A DNA stretch of 64,000 nt, from assembly GCA_963716175.1 (NCBI GenBank), contig OY970296.1:4416001-4480000 (forward strand), given 5' to 3'. The number at the start of each line of letters is the position of its first letter. Positions within the stretch are counted from its first letter, which is position 1. The notes beneath the pieces are model-generated. The model was not told the DNA's origin. It saw nothing but the letters and a program-made list of their open reading frames with translations, and made no database searches. This document shows, piece by piece, positions 51,627-61,212 of this stretch. This DNA comes from an uncultured Armatimonadetes bacterium. Its GTDB lineage: Bacteria > Armatimonadota > Hebobacteria > Hebobacterales > Hebobacteraceae. A program made the translations under genes and the position numbers.

Positions 51627-51801
51627 CCTGGGCGCCCGTTCGCCGTCGGCGGCAACTCGCGGCGCTTCCGACCGCATGTATCCTCGAGGAAAACGCTCTG
51701 GCGTCGAACCCCCGGACCCCATCGACGTTTTCGCAGTTTCGATGGCAGGTCAGTTTCCTCCACCACTGCTCTCAGGTGGAACTCTCTCTGTACGTTTTCA
51801 G

Positions 51802-52806
51802 GCGTTCTCGGACATCGCCAACACCCTCAACACGGCCACCAACGGGACGATTGCCAGCTACTACCAGGAGGGCGGATTTGAATACCCGATCATCGTGCAG
51901 TTGCCGGAGGCGGACCGGAAGACGGTACCGGAACTGCGGGACCTGATCATCAATCCAGGCGCGTTGACGGCCGCCTCCCAGGCCGCCTTGCTGTCCGCTG
52001 CTACTGGCGCAGCCGCACCCACAGCATCCTCCCGCGCCTCGGCATCGGGGGCCAGCGCCTCCCAAGCGGTCCTGCTGCGGCAGGTGGCCGAGCCCGTCTA
52101 CGCGATGGGTCCCAGTGAGATCACGCGCCTCAACCGCCAACGCTACATCGCGGTCACGGGCACCCCGCAGGGACGTTCCTCCGGAGCGATCCAAGACAGC
52201 ATTCAGCGCGCGCTGGCCGGCTTTCGCCTTCCCGCCGGCTACTATTGGGATTGGGGCACGAACCAGAAGCGCCGCGCCCAGGAGTTCGCGAACCTGGGAA
52301 TCGCCGTAGCCCTCGCGGTGGGGCTGATCTACATGCTGCTGGCATCGCAGTTCGAATCTCTGGTCTACCCCCTGATCGTGCTGCTGTCCGTGCCGCTGGC
52401 GGGAACCGGGGTCATCCTCGCCCTCTTCTTGACCGGCCGCACTTTCGGGCTCACCGCGTTCATCGGGCTCCTGATGCTGGTGGGCATCGTGGTCAAGAAC
52501 GGGATCCTGCTGGTGGACTACACGAATCGGCTGCGCCGGCGCGGTATGCCCAGAGATGAGGCCGTGCTCACCGCCGGCCCAACGCGGATGCGGCCGATCC
52601 TGATGACCGCCTCCGCGGCCATGCTCGGCATGTTGCCTCTGGCGCTGGCCTTGGGGCGAGGCTCCGAGGTGCAGGCTCCGATGGCCACCGCGGTGATCGG
52701 TGGGCTCGCCACCTCCACCTTCCTCACGCTCTTCGTCGTTCCCACGGTCTACACTGTCTTCGATGACCTCGCGCAGAAACTGCGAACGAGGCGTGCGGGC
52801 AGGTAG
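51802..52806 (+). pseudogene. C-terminal third of a second RND permease
   Basis: Close paralog of 10040-10960 ('DIANTLNTATNGTI', 'GIVVKNGILLVDYTN'). Homology starts abruptly at about 51802 with no N-terminal part upstream. Confidence 0.8.
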
Positions 52807-52812
52807 CGCCCC

Positions 52813-53763
52813 CTAGTGAGGCCCTTTCACATCCTGCATGATCTCCTTCGCCCAGCGCACGTACTCCGGCCTCTCGACGAGCTGACACGCGCAGTAGATC
52901 CTGAGGCCCGATAGCTTTCCGGCGTTGATGTGATTTACGTAGAGCCGCAGCAGGTCCTTGTACTCCTGCTCCGTCAGCCAGTGCCCGTGGCGGGCGCCGC
53001 TGTTCAGATACAGGCTGCCCAGCACGATCTTGCCCTTGTGCTGGGCTTCTGCTTGCGTGAGGTAGCGCTCGGCCTGCGCGATGTTCGTGGGGTCCCATAT
53101 GTTGAAGGTCACGCCCTGGTAGTCAATGTCGTAGGTCCGCTGCTCATTGCCCCGGTGGGGATAATGCGGCACCCACAGGGCGAGATTGGGATTGACGCCC
53201 TTGGCCGCAGCGATGATCTCCCGCCACTGGTCCATGGTCCGATGGCCTTCCTCAATCTCGTCGTAGAAGTCATTGAGATAGAGGCCGATGATCTCCTTGT
53301 GCTGGAGCGACAGCTCTGCGATCCATCGGGCAGTCTTGAGCGACCCTTCCTGAGTCCAGCCCCAGGCGGCGCGGTCTATCTTGGGGATAACGTACTTGAT
53401 CCCCGGGACCTGGAGCGCGTGGTACATCTGCGTTTCCTCCCAGCCCTGGCCGCTGTACTCCGGATCGTCCGTCCAGACGGTGTTGAACCCCAGCTCCTTC
53501 ACCACGGGTGCGCTGTCCACTTGCGGCTCATGCTGCCAGAGGCAGATCAGCGGCGCACCTGAGGGGTTCGCAGCTCCCGCCATAGTGCCGCTGCCCGCCG
53601 AGGCCTGTGCGGGCGGAGCCGCCTGCTCGCCGCCCGGCCTGCTCTCGGCCCGGCCGGCGCTTGGGGTATCCTCGACGGCACGGCAGCCCTGGGGCGTCGC
53701 CGCGCAGGCCAGCGCCAGCAGCGCAGATGCGATCATGACAACCGCGCGCCACGATATCATCAT
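52813..53763 (-). CDS. Exported hypothetical protein (possible TIM-barrel GH-like)
   Basis: Signal peptide, low-complexity linker and 'IIGLYLNDF'. Confidence 0.55.
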   Translation of the reverse strand: MMISWRAVVMIASALLALACAATPQGCRAVEDTPSAGRAESRPGGEQAAPPAQASAGSGTMAGAANPSGAPLICLWQHEPQVDSAPVVKELGFNTVWTDDPEYSGQGWEETQMYHALQVPGIKYVIPKIDRAAWGWTQEGSLKTARWIAELSLQHKEIIGLYLNDFYDEIEEGHRTMDQWREIIAAAKGVNPNLALWVPHYPHRGNEQRTYDIDYQGVTFNIWDPTNIAQAERYLTQAEAQHKGKIVLGSLYLNSGARHGHWLTEQEYKDLLRLYVNHINAGKLSGLRIYCACQLVERPEYVRWAKEIMQDVKGPH

Positions 53764-54034
53764 CAGGATCTCCTCTCGTCCTTCCTCATCACGGCTTTCC
53801 CCGCTCCCGGCTTCGCCTCCTTCCGAGGCACGGCGGGAAGCGAAGGTGCTAGCGGAGCACTGGCGAAGACACTGCGCCGCGGCCCAAGTGCAGACCTGGT
53901 CGGGCTATGCGCGGCCGACGCCGAGACCTATCTGGTTCTGGCCCCATGACTGGCAGCGGACCGCGATGTCGGCCTCGAGACTGAAGTTGCAGGTGGTCGT
54001 ACTGAAGGGAGCAGGTCACCTGTAGGAGCGGTGC

Positions 54035-57000
54035 ATGTTAGGGATACCTCTGTCGAGGCGTGCGCGGATTCTGTACTTCACAGTCGCCGTGTTGGTGATG
54101 ACCATCGCAGTCACGTGTTCCGCTCAGAGTATAGCCCAGGAGAAGAGCGCGATGCCCAGCCGTAAGCAGGACAGCAGGTCGCTGGTCCGGATCTGCCGCT
54201 GGTCTGGCGGCAAGAAAGCCGCCCTCAGCCTTCGGTTCGATGATGCACACCCCACGCATATCAAAATCGCGGTGCCGCTATTGGACAAGTATGGCCTGAT
54301 CGGTACCTTCTTGGTCAACCCAGGCAACCGCAGTTACCAGCAGAACAAGGCGGCCTGGGAGGCGGCCGCCCAACAAGGCCACGAGCTTGGCGACCACACC
54401 CTGAACCACAGTGGCGCCAAGACCGATGCGGAGGCCGAAGAGCAGATAGGCCAGGCCGCGGAGCACATCCGCATCCTCCAGCCACGGGACACGCTACTGG
54501 CGTTCGATCCCGGCGGCGCCACCCTGTGGCTCCAGCGCAAGCCGTTCGCGTTCTTCGACGCCAAGTACCACCTGTATGACCTCGACGCGCCGGGCAACCG
54601 CGGGCGCAATGTCATGTCGTGTTCTGTCGTCTACTCCTTCTTCAGTGTCGCGGCCTTCAAGCGGAAGCTCGAACAGGTCATCGCGGAGGGCGACTGGTTC
54701 CAGCCTCACTTCCACCAGATAGACGAGGAAGGCCAACTGCGCATCCCGCCGCCCGTGTTCGAGCAGGTCCTGCAAGTGGCCCATGCGCATCGCTCTGACC
54801 TCTGGCAGGCCGGCGTGGCCGCCATCCACGAGTATGACCAGGAGCGCGATCAGGCCGAGCTCTGGGCTCGGCCCGCTGACGACGACACCCTGGTGCTGGA
54901 CCTCGCCTGCGCCACTGACGCGGCGCTCTACGCGCAGCCGCTGACCCTGGAAGTGGATCTGCCGACGGGCGCCGACTCGGCAGAGGTGACAGACTCCTCC
55001 GGCAGCACCGTGCCGTGTCGCATCGAGTCGGCCGAAGACCGACACGTCGCGCGCTTCGATGTGGCTCCGGTCGACGCGACCTACATGGTTCGCGCGCCAG
55101 GCATCGGGGCCGCCTATCGCCGCGAGCGCGGGACCGACCTCCCGGCGCCAAGCCAGCACCCCTACGTCTTCTTCACTCAAACCGATGTCGCCGCCCTGCT
55201 GGCCAAGACAGACGATGCTCAGGCGAAGCTGATGTGGCAGCGCATTGTGGCGGAGGCCGACCGGGTGGCGGGCGAGGAGCCAAACCTCGACCCGCAGAGA
55301 AGTGCCAGGCGGCACCGCCCCAATCGGCTGCGGGTGCTTGCCTTCGCCTACGCACTCACTCACAATCCGGCCTATGCCAAGCGTGCGATCCCCGAGATCG
55401 AGTGGCTGATGAAAGACGACTCCTGGCACGTGGACCACTCCGAGGCGCTGGTGATGGCTGGTACCATGAGCACTCTCGGCCTGGTCTACGACTGGATGTA
55501 CGACGCGCTTTCCGACGACCTGCGCAGAGAGATTCGTGGTGCTATCACCGAGCACGGGATCAAAGCGATAGCAGACATCATCGCCAAGGGTGACTTCTGG
55601 ATCAGTTGGTACCGCTGCAACTGGGGAGCGGTGATCTACGGCCAGGCCGGCCTTGCGGCTCTTAGCATCCTGGGAGAAGAGCCACAGGCCGCGGACTTCG
55701 TGCGCCTCGCCGAGCGCAAGATCTGGCACTACACGCAGTCTCTCACGGACGACGGCGGGTGGGGGGAAAGTGGCAGCTATGGCGCCTATGCCTGGTCGAA
55801 TGCCATGCTGTTCATGGATGCGCTGTCCCACGTCACCGGTGGCCGGGCCAACCTCTTCGCCGGCCCGCGGCTGCGCCAGTTCCCGCAGTGGTTCCTCAAC
55901 CTGCTGCAGCCCGACATGTCGAGATTCGTGCCGTTCGCGGACTGCACCCAGAGCGGCGATGCCGCGTCCATCCTGTATCGCCTAGCGCGCGAATACCGCG
56001 ACGGATACGCGCAGTGGACTGCCCACCGCATGACCCAGAGCCGAGACCACGCCGACATCATGAGCTTCCTGTGGTACGACCCGTCGCTGGAGTCGAGGAG
56101 CCCAACAGACCTGCCGGCCACCAAGCTCTTCCCGGGCCTGAGCTGGGCCTTCCTGCGCAGCCGCTGGGATGACCCTCAAGCGATCCTCTTCGCCTTCAAA
56201 GGCGGGCAGTGCGACTGGGACCACCATCACCACGACGGCAACAGCTTCGCGCTCTACGCCCATGGACAGCCGCTCCTGGTGGACTTCTTCTACCCGCGGA
56301 CGACCTGGGGGATCACCGCCGAGGCCCACAACACCATCGTGGTCAATGGCAAGGACCAGCGCGGGCACGTTAAGGTGGCCGGAGCCCACGGCCGCCCGGA
56401 TCACCGCACTGTCCTGGGCGACCTCGTCGAGGCCTCTTGGTACGCCCGCCTGGTGGGAGACGCCTCCCTGGCCTACGACCAGGACGATGTCAGGAGCTTC
56501 GTCCGTGAGGTGATGTACCTGCGCAAGACGGACCCGCAAGGCCCGCCGGACTACTTCCTGGTCTTCGACAATGTCGAGGCCACCGGCCCGATGCGGATGG
56601 ACTGGCTGCTACACAGCTACGGCGATTTCGAGGTGAACCGGAATCATGTCACAGTCACCCAGGGCGACGCCAGCGCGGATGTGACCATGATCGCCCCTGG
56701 CGAGCTGGCGCACGAGATCCGCAAGATGACCTTCGAGGAAGCCGGCGTGGAGCAGCCGCCTGGTTTCGACAGCATCAGCATGCTGAAGCTGCGCTCCGCC
56801 GAGCCCAACCAGCGCGGGTACTACCTCTCGGTGATCGTGCCGCGTCGCACGTCTGAGGCCCCGCCAATATCCGTGACCTCTATCCTTGAGCCGAACGCTC
56901 TCGGCGCAACCATGGCCGACGGCCACAGCACGGACATCGCGCTCTTCGCGCTGGATGCCCCGGAGGCGTCGGCCGCAGGTCTGGCGCTGACCGGTCGCTC

Positions 57001-57313
57001 CTGCTTTGTGCGCCGGTCGGCGGGCCGCTTCTTGGCCGCCGCTCTGCATAACGGGCAGCGTCTCTTGGCCGATGACGAGCTGCTGTTCGAGACCGATAGC
57101 TGGGGCCACGCCGCGCTGACGTTCGGCAATGACGCGATTGACGCTCGGCTCGCGGTCTACGACCCGCGGTGGGTCAAAGTCCACGTCCCCATGAAACCGG
57201 AGAAGTTGCTGGTGAACGGCAAGGAGCGTGAGTTCGAGTACGAAGCTGAGACTCGCTGCGTCAAGTTCAGTGCTTCGGCGAGCACGCGCGAGGTGCATAT
57301 CGCGCTGCACTGA
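54035..57313 (+). CDS. Fusion of a polysaccharide deacetylase (CE4/NodB-like) and a heparinase II/III-like lyase
   Basis: N-terminal 'ALSLRFDD', 'GTFLV' and 'HELGDHTLNH'. C-terminal 'HPYVFF', 'CNWGAV', 'DGGWGESGSY', 'HHHHDGNSF' and 'AHNTIVVNG'. Confidence 0.8.
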   Translation: MLGIPLSRRARILYFTVAVLVMTIAVTCSAQSIAQEKSAMPSRKQDSRSLVRICRWSGGKKAALSLRFDDAHPTHIKIAVPLLDKYGLIGTFLVNPGNRSYQQNKAAWEAAAQQGHELGDHTLNHSGAKTDAEAEEQIGQAAEHIRILQPRDTLLAFDPGGATLWLQRKPFAFFDAKYHLYDLDAPGNRGRNVMSCSVVYSFFSVAAFKRKLEQVIAEGDWFQPHFHQIDEEGQLRIPPPVFEQVLQVAHAHRSDLWQAGVAAIHEYDQERDQAELWARPADDDTLVLDLACATDAALYAQPLTLEVDLPTGADSAEVTDSSGSTVPCRIESAEDRHVARFDVAPVDATYMVRAPGIGAAYRRERGTDLPAPSQHPYVFFTQTDVAALLAKTDDAQAKLMWQRIVAEADRVAGEEPNLDPQRSARRHRPNRLRVLAFAYALTHNPAYAKRAIPEIEWLMKDDSWHVDHSEALVMAGTMSTLGLVYDWMYDALSDDLRREIRGAITEHGIKAIADIIAKGDFWISWYRCNWGAVIYGQAGLAALSILGEEPQAADFVRLAERKIWHYTQSLTDDGGWGESGSYGAYAWSNAMLFMDALSHVTGGRANLFAGPRLRQFPQWFLNLLQPDMSRFVPFADCTQSGDAASILYRLAREYRDGYAQWTAHRMTQSRDHADIMSFLWYDPSLESRSPTDLPATKLFPGLSWAFLRSRWDDPQAILFAFKGGQCDWDHHHHDGNSFALYAHGQPLLVDFFYPRTTWGITAEAHNTIVVNGKDQRGHVKVAGAHGRPDHRTVLGDLVEASWYARLVGDASLAYDQDDVRSFVREVMYLRKTDPQGPPDYFLVFDNVEATGPMRMDWLLHSYGDFEVNRNHVTVTQGDASADVTMIAPGELAHEIRKMTFEEAGVEQPPGFDSISMLKLRSAEPNQRGYYLSVIVPRRTSEAPPISVTSILEPNALGATMADGHSTDIALFALDAPEASAAGLALTGRSCFVRRSAGRFLAAALHNGQRLLADDELLFETDSWGHAALTFGNDAIDARLAVYDPRWVKVHVPMKPEKLLVNGKEREFEYEAETRCVKFSASASTREVHIALH

Positions 57314-57333
57314 CATGCGGCGTCGCTTCGATG

Positions 57334-57355
57334 CTAGCACAGGCTCCCAGCCTGT
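57334..57355 (+). repeat. REP-like palindrome
   Basis: Intergenic CTAGCACAGGCTCCCAGCCTGT, with the same core as 31581-31605. Confidence 0.5.
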
Positions 57356-57381
57356 CAATGAAACGGAGTGTGATTGCCAAG

Positions 57382-58338
57382 ATGCGGATTGCCGAGCTAT
57401 CCGAGAAGAATCTTGCGCAGGTGGTGGCCGCCTGGAACGCGACCCTCGTCCACGACCCGCTGACCGCGTCCCGCTTCCGCGAGGTCTTCCTCAACGACCC
57501 GAACTACCAGCCCGACGGCGTCTCGGTGGCAGAGGGCAACCACGGCGCTGTGCTGGGCTTCAGCGCCTGCTACGTGCGAGAAACCGTCGCGGGCAAGGAT
57601 GGCCTGGGGGGGCAGTGGGAGTTCAACTGGGGTTACCTGAAGGGCTTCTTCGTCGTGGAGGGTGACGAGGAAAGCGCGGTCGCGGCCTCTCTGCTGGCCG
57701 CCGCCGAGGCTTACTGCGCGGGCGCCGGGAAGGAGGAGATCCGGGTGACAGAGTACGCCTGGGCGTACGTTTTCCCGGGACTGGACATCCGCTATGAGCG
57801 GCTGCGCGCCATCCTATGCGAGCGTGGCTACCGCGACCTGCGCACCCTGGAGGACGTGGCGGTAGACCTCCGCGATCCCGGGCTGCCATCTCGTCTCGCC
57901 CGCGCGCAGCGGCGGGTGGGGACATCGGCCGAGGTGGTGACTTGGCGACCCGGGCTGCTTCCGGCAATGCAGGCGTTCGTCGCGCAGAGCTACGAGCCGC
58001 AGTGGTTTCCCAGTGGCTGGGAGGAAGGGCTAAGTCGCCCGCTGGACCACGTGCTCATCCTGAGGCGTGGAGAGGAGATCGTGGGTTGGGCTCAATACCA
58101 CCCCTCCCGGCCACGCGCCAGCTTCGGCCCGATTCTTGTCCTTGACCCGATGCGCGGCCATGGGTATGGATCCCTGCTGTTGCTGGAATGCATGGTGCGG
58201 GCGCGGCAGGCGGGTGCCGAGAGGATGGCGGCAGGCTGGGCGAACACGGGCTTTTATGTGGCGAACGGCTGGCAGATCACTCGCCGCTACGCGGTGCTGG
58301 CAAAGAGGTTGTCTGGCGAGTCTCGCCGAGAGGCGTGA
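57382..58338 (+). CDS. Tandem-domain GNAT acetyltransferase
   Basis: 'FGPILVLDPMRGHGYGSLLL' and 'GFYVANGW'. Confidence 0.8.
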   Translation: MRIAELSEKNLAQVVAAWNATLVHDPLTASRFREVFLNDPNYQPDGVSVAEGNHGAVLGFSACYVRETVAGKDGLGGQWEFNWGYLKGFFVVEGDEESAVAASLLAAAEAYCAGAGKEEIRVTEYAWAYVFPGLDIRYERLRAILCERGYRDLRTLEDVAVDLRDPGLPSRLARAQRRVGTSAEVVTWRPGLLPAMQAFVAQSYEPQWFPSGWEEGLSRPLDHVLILRRGEEIVGWAQYHPSRPRASFGPILVLDPMRGHGYGSLLLLECMVRARQAGAERMAAGWANTGFYVANGWQITRRYAVLAKRLSGESRREA

Positions 58339-58398
58339 GAGCCCGACTTACCGGCTGGGGTGCCGAGACGCCGTCAGGTCTCACGCGTTGAGCACGGC

Positions 58399-58641
58399 CT
58401 AGGGTTTGCCGGCCGCCGTCTTCCTGCGCAACTCCAGGAGGCCGCTGAGCACCAGCAGCAGCATGATGGCGCCGGCGACGATGAAGGGCAGGAACAGCTC
58501 CGGGATGGCCTGGCTTCGGATCAGCAGAACGGACGCGACCAGCACCACTGCGACACCTGCCGCCAGCTCCCAGCAGTCGCCCACGATGAAGTCGTACCAG
58601 AAGACAAAGAAGCCTCTTACCAGGCCAATCAGGAATCGCAT
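58399..58641 (-). CDS. Small membrane protein coupled to the upstream gene
   Basis: 'FWYDFIVGDCWELA' plus two TMs. Stop/start overlap at 58641. Confidence 0.7.
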   Translation of the reverse strand: MRFLIGLVRGFFVFWYDFIVGDCWELAAGVAVVLVASVLLIRSQAIPELFLPFIVAGAIMLLLVLSGLLELRRKTAAGKP

Positions 58642-59483
58642 TACCGGCCCCCCGCCGTCTCCGACAGCAGGGCCGCCGACTCGCTCTCCACCTCGGTCGG
58701 GCCTGCGCGGCGTCTCAGAAGCCGAAGCACCATGACCATCCCACGCGAGACCACGATCCAGGCCACCAGCACCCCAATCAGCGCCCAGATATCACCAGGC
58801 CATTCCAGGCTCTCCCGCCGCGGTCCGAAGAACCCCAGCCCCTCGACCGACCAGTAGACCCCGAATGTGGACAGCAGCAGGCCTACCGCATACTTCATGG
58901 TGTTCTCTGGAACGGCCGACAGAGGCCTGCGGGCGACGGCCCCGACAATCGTCACCAGGACCACCGCCGCCAGAGCCCCGGCGGAGGCATGGAGCATGGC
59001 GTTGGGGTCAACGGACCGGGCTTTTAGCCCGAAGGTGATGACGATGAAAACGACCTCGAGGCCCTCCAGCAGCACTCCCTTGAATGAGACCACAAACCCG
59101 AACCAGTCCAGCCCCAGGCGAGTCTGCCTGCCCGCGCTGGCTGCCGCCTGCTGTTCCTCGAGGAAGGCTTTGTCCTCGTCGTGGATCGCGATCAGGCCGG
59201 ACGAGCGCAGAACTGACTTGCGCAGCCACTGCAGGCCGAAGACCAGCAGCAGCGCCCCGATCACGAACTGGAGCAGGGACCTGGAGACATAGTGGGTCAG
59301 CATGATCCCGACCAGTGCGGTAAGAGCTGCCAGGGCCGCCAAGGCCGTGACTGCTCCGCAGATCGCCGCCTTCCAGCTCCGCGTGAGCCCCATCGCCAGC
59401 ACGATGGTGAACGCCTCCACCGCCTCTACCGCGGAGGCTACAAACACGGCCGTGATCAAGGTGATGCTAGCTGCGGTGAACAT
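58641..59483 (-). CDS. COG4280-type membrane protein (LysE superfamily / FTR1-like, putative cation transporter)
   Basis: Internally duplicated acidic motifs 'VEAVEAFTIVLA' and 'FKGVLLEGLEVVFIV'. Confidence 0.75.
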   Translation of the reverse strand: MFTAASITLITAVFVASAVEAVEAFTIVLAMGLTRSWKAAICGAVTALAALAALTALVGIMLTHYVSRSLLQFVIGALLLVFGLQWLRKSVLRSSGLIAIHDEDKAFLEEQQAAASAGRQTRLGLDWFGFVVSFKGVLLEGLEVVFIVITFGLKARSVDPNAMLHASAGALAAVVLVTIVGAVARRPLSAVPENTMKYAVGLLLSTFGVYWSVEGLGFFGPRRESLEWPGDIWALIGVLVAWIVVSRGMVMVLRLLRRRAGPTEVESESAALLSETAGGR

Positions 59484-59817
59484 GTCTGTTGTTGCTGCCT
59501 GCTCCGAGTGCCGCCGCCCTCATTCCGCCTGGAGCGCGGCGGCAAAGCGATGCGCCCTCCTGGGCCCGTCACCAGGGAAGCTCGCCCTGGCGGTCAGATC
59601 CGGCCCGGCAAGGTAGTCTTTCGCCTTTCTGCTAACCGGTCCTTCCTGCAAAGGGCTTTCGGTAGGTGCGGGGCCGACGAAGGCGAAATCTCTATCCATA
59701 TGGGCTGGGGCTTCGCCCCAGCTTCTACTCCGTCCGCGGTGAGCAAGCAGGGCACAGCGCTGCGCTCCGCCGCCATAGCATGGAGCGTCGGCAACATGAG
59801 TCGGCGGTGAGACCGGG

Positions 59818-61197
59818 ATGCTCTTCCACTCGTGGCAGTTCGCCATTTTCGCTGCCGCAATTTACCTAGGATACCTGCTGGTCTCCAGGAGGGCGCTGGG
59901 CACCCACTGGCTTCTTGCCGCGTCTCTCGTCTTCTACGCGTGGGCCGGCCCGCGATTCGTGCTGCTTCTGCTGTACGCGACTGCTGTCAACTTCGCTGCC
60001 GGGGTAATGCTGGAGCGCAGCTCGCGGAGGAAGGTCTGGCTGGGCGCGGCCGTCGTCGCCACCCTGGCGCCACTGCTCTATTTCAAGTACGCCGGGTTCA
60101 CGGCCGAGAGCCTGAACGCCGCGCTTCCACACCTTGGGTTCGCGGCCCGCCTGGTGACGCCAACCGTGCTTCTCCCCATGGGCCTATCGTTCTTCACCTT
60201 CCGCGTGCTGGGCTACACCATTGACTGCTACCGAGGGCACGTGGCGCGCGAGAAGAGCTTCCTCCGATTCGCCACCTTCGTCGCCTTCTTCCCGACCCTG
60301 CTCGCCGGGCCCATCGAGCGCGCCTCCCACTTCCTGCATCAGATCACTGGCAGGCCTAAGGCCCCCAGCAAGGGCGATCTTGCCGACGGCCTCTCGCTCT
60401 TCGTGGTCGGGCTCTTCAAGAAAGTCGCGCTCGCCGATTACCTTTCCCTCTATGTGGACAAGGTTTACTCGGCCCCCGCGAGCTTCGACGGGCTCACCCT
60501 CGCCGCCGCCACCTTCGCCTTCGCCTGGAAGATCTACTTCGACTTCAGCGGCTATACCGACATGGCCAGGGGCGTCGCCAGGGCCCTGGGCTTCGACGTC
60601 GTGCTCAACTTCAACCACCCCTATCTGGCGACCAGCCTGGGCGATTTCTGGAACCGTTGGCATATCAGTCTCTCCTCCTGGTTCAAGGATTATCTCTACA
60701 TCCCCCTCGGGGGAAACCGAAAGGGCACCTTCAACACCTACCGGAACATGCTGCTGACCATGGTGATATCCGGCCTCTGGCATGGCGCGGCGTGGACCTT
60801 CGTGCTCTGGGGGCTGCTGCACGCTCTCGGCAGGTTCGCCACGCGGGAGCTGGAGCGGACTCGGATCTACCGGGAGCGAGTGCCCACACTGGTCAAGCAG
60901 CTCTGGGTCTTCTCATTCGTGGGCTTCTGCTGGATCTTCTTCAGGGCGAGCAGCCTGTCCGATGCGGTTCTCATCGTGAAGCGGATCGGCAGCGCCAGCC
61001 TGGCCGACCCCAGGTTCCCAGTCGCTATGCTCGTGTTCTGTCTCGTCATCTGGATCTACCAGTTCTGGTACGAATCCAAGGCGAAGCGCCTGTTGGCCTG
61101 GGCTCCCATCAGGGTGGGGGCCGTATGTTACATGCTGGTTCATCTTGTGCTGTTCAGCGGCGGCGGCAGTCAGCCGTTCGTCTACCTGCAGTTCTGA
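59818..61197 (+). CDS. MBOAT O-acyltransferase (AlgI/DltB-like)
   Basis: 'LPMGLSFFTF', 'IYFDFSGYTDMA', 'FWNRWHISLSSWFKDYLYIPLGG' and 'GLWHGA'. Confidence 0.93.
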   Translation: MLFHSWQFAIFAAAIYLGYLLVSRRALGTHWLLAASLVFYAWAGPRFVLLLLYATAVNFAAGVMLERSSRRKVWLGAAVVATLAPLLYFKYAGFTAESLNAALPHLGFAARLVTPTVLLPMGLSFFTFRVLGYTIDCYRGHVAREKSFLRFATFVAFFPTLLAGPIERASHFLHQITGRPKAPSKGDLADGLSLFVVGLFKKVALADYLSLYVDKVYSAPASFDGLTLAAATFAFAWKIYFDFSGYTDMARGVARALGFDVVLNFNHPYLATSLGDFWNRWHISLSSWFKDYLYIPLGGNRKGTFNTYRNMLLTMVISGLWHGAAWTFVLWGLLHALGRFATRELERTRIYRERVPTLVKQLWVFSFVGFCWIFFRASSLSDAVLIVKRIGSASLADPRFPVAMLVFCLVIWIYQFWYESKAKRLLAWAPIRVGAVCYMLVHLVLFSGGGSQPFVYLQF

Positions 61198-61212
61198 AGG
61201 GATAGGGCGCAC

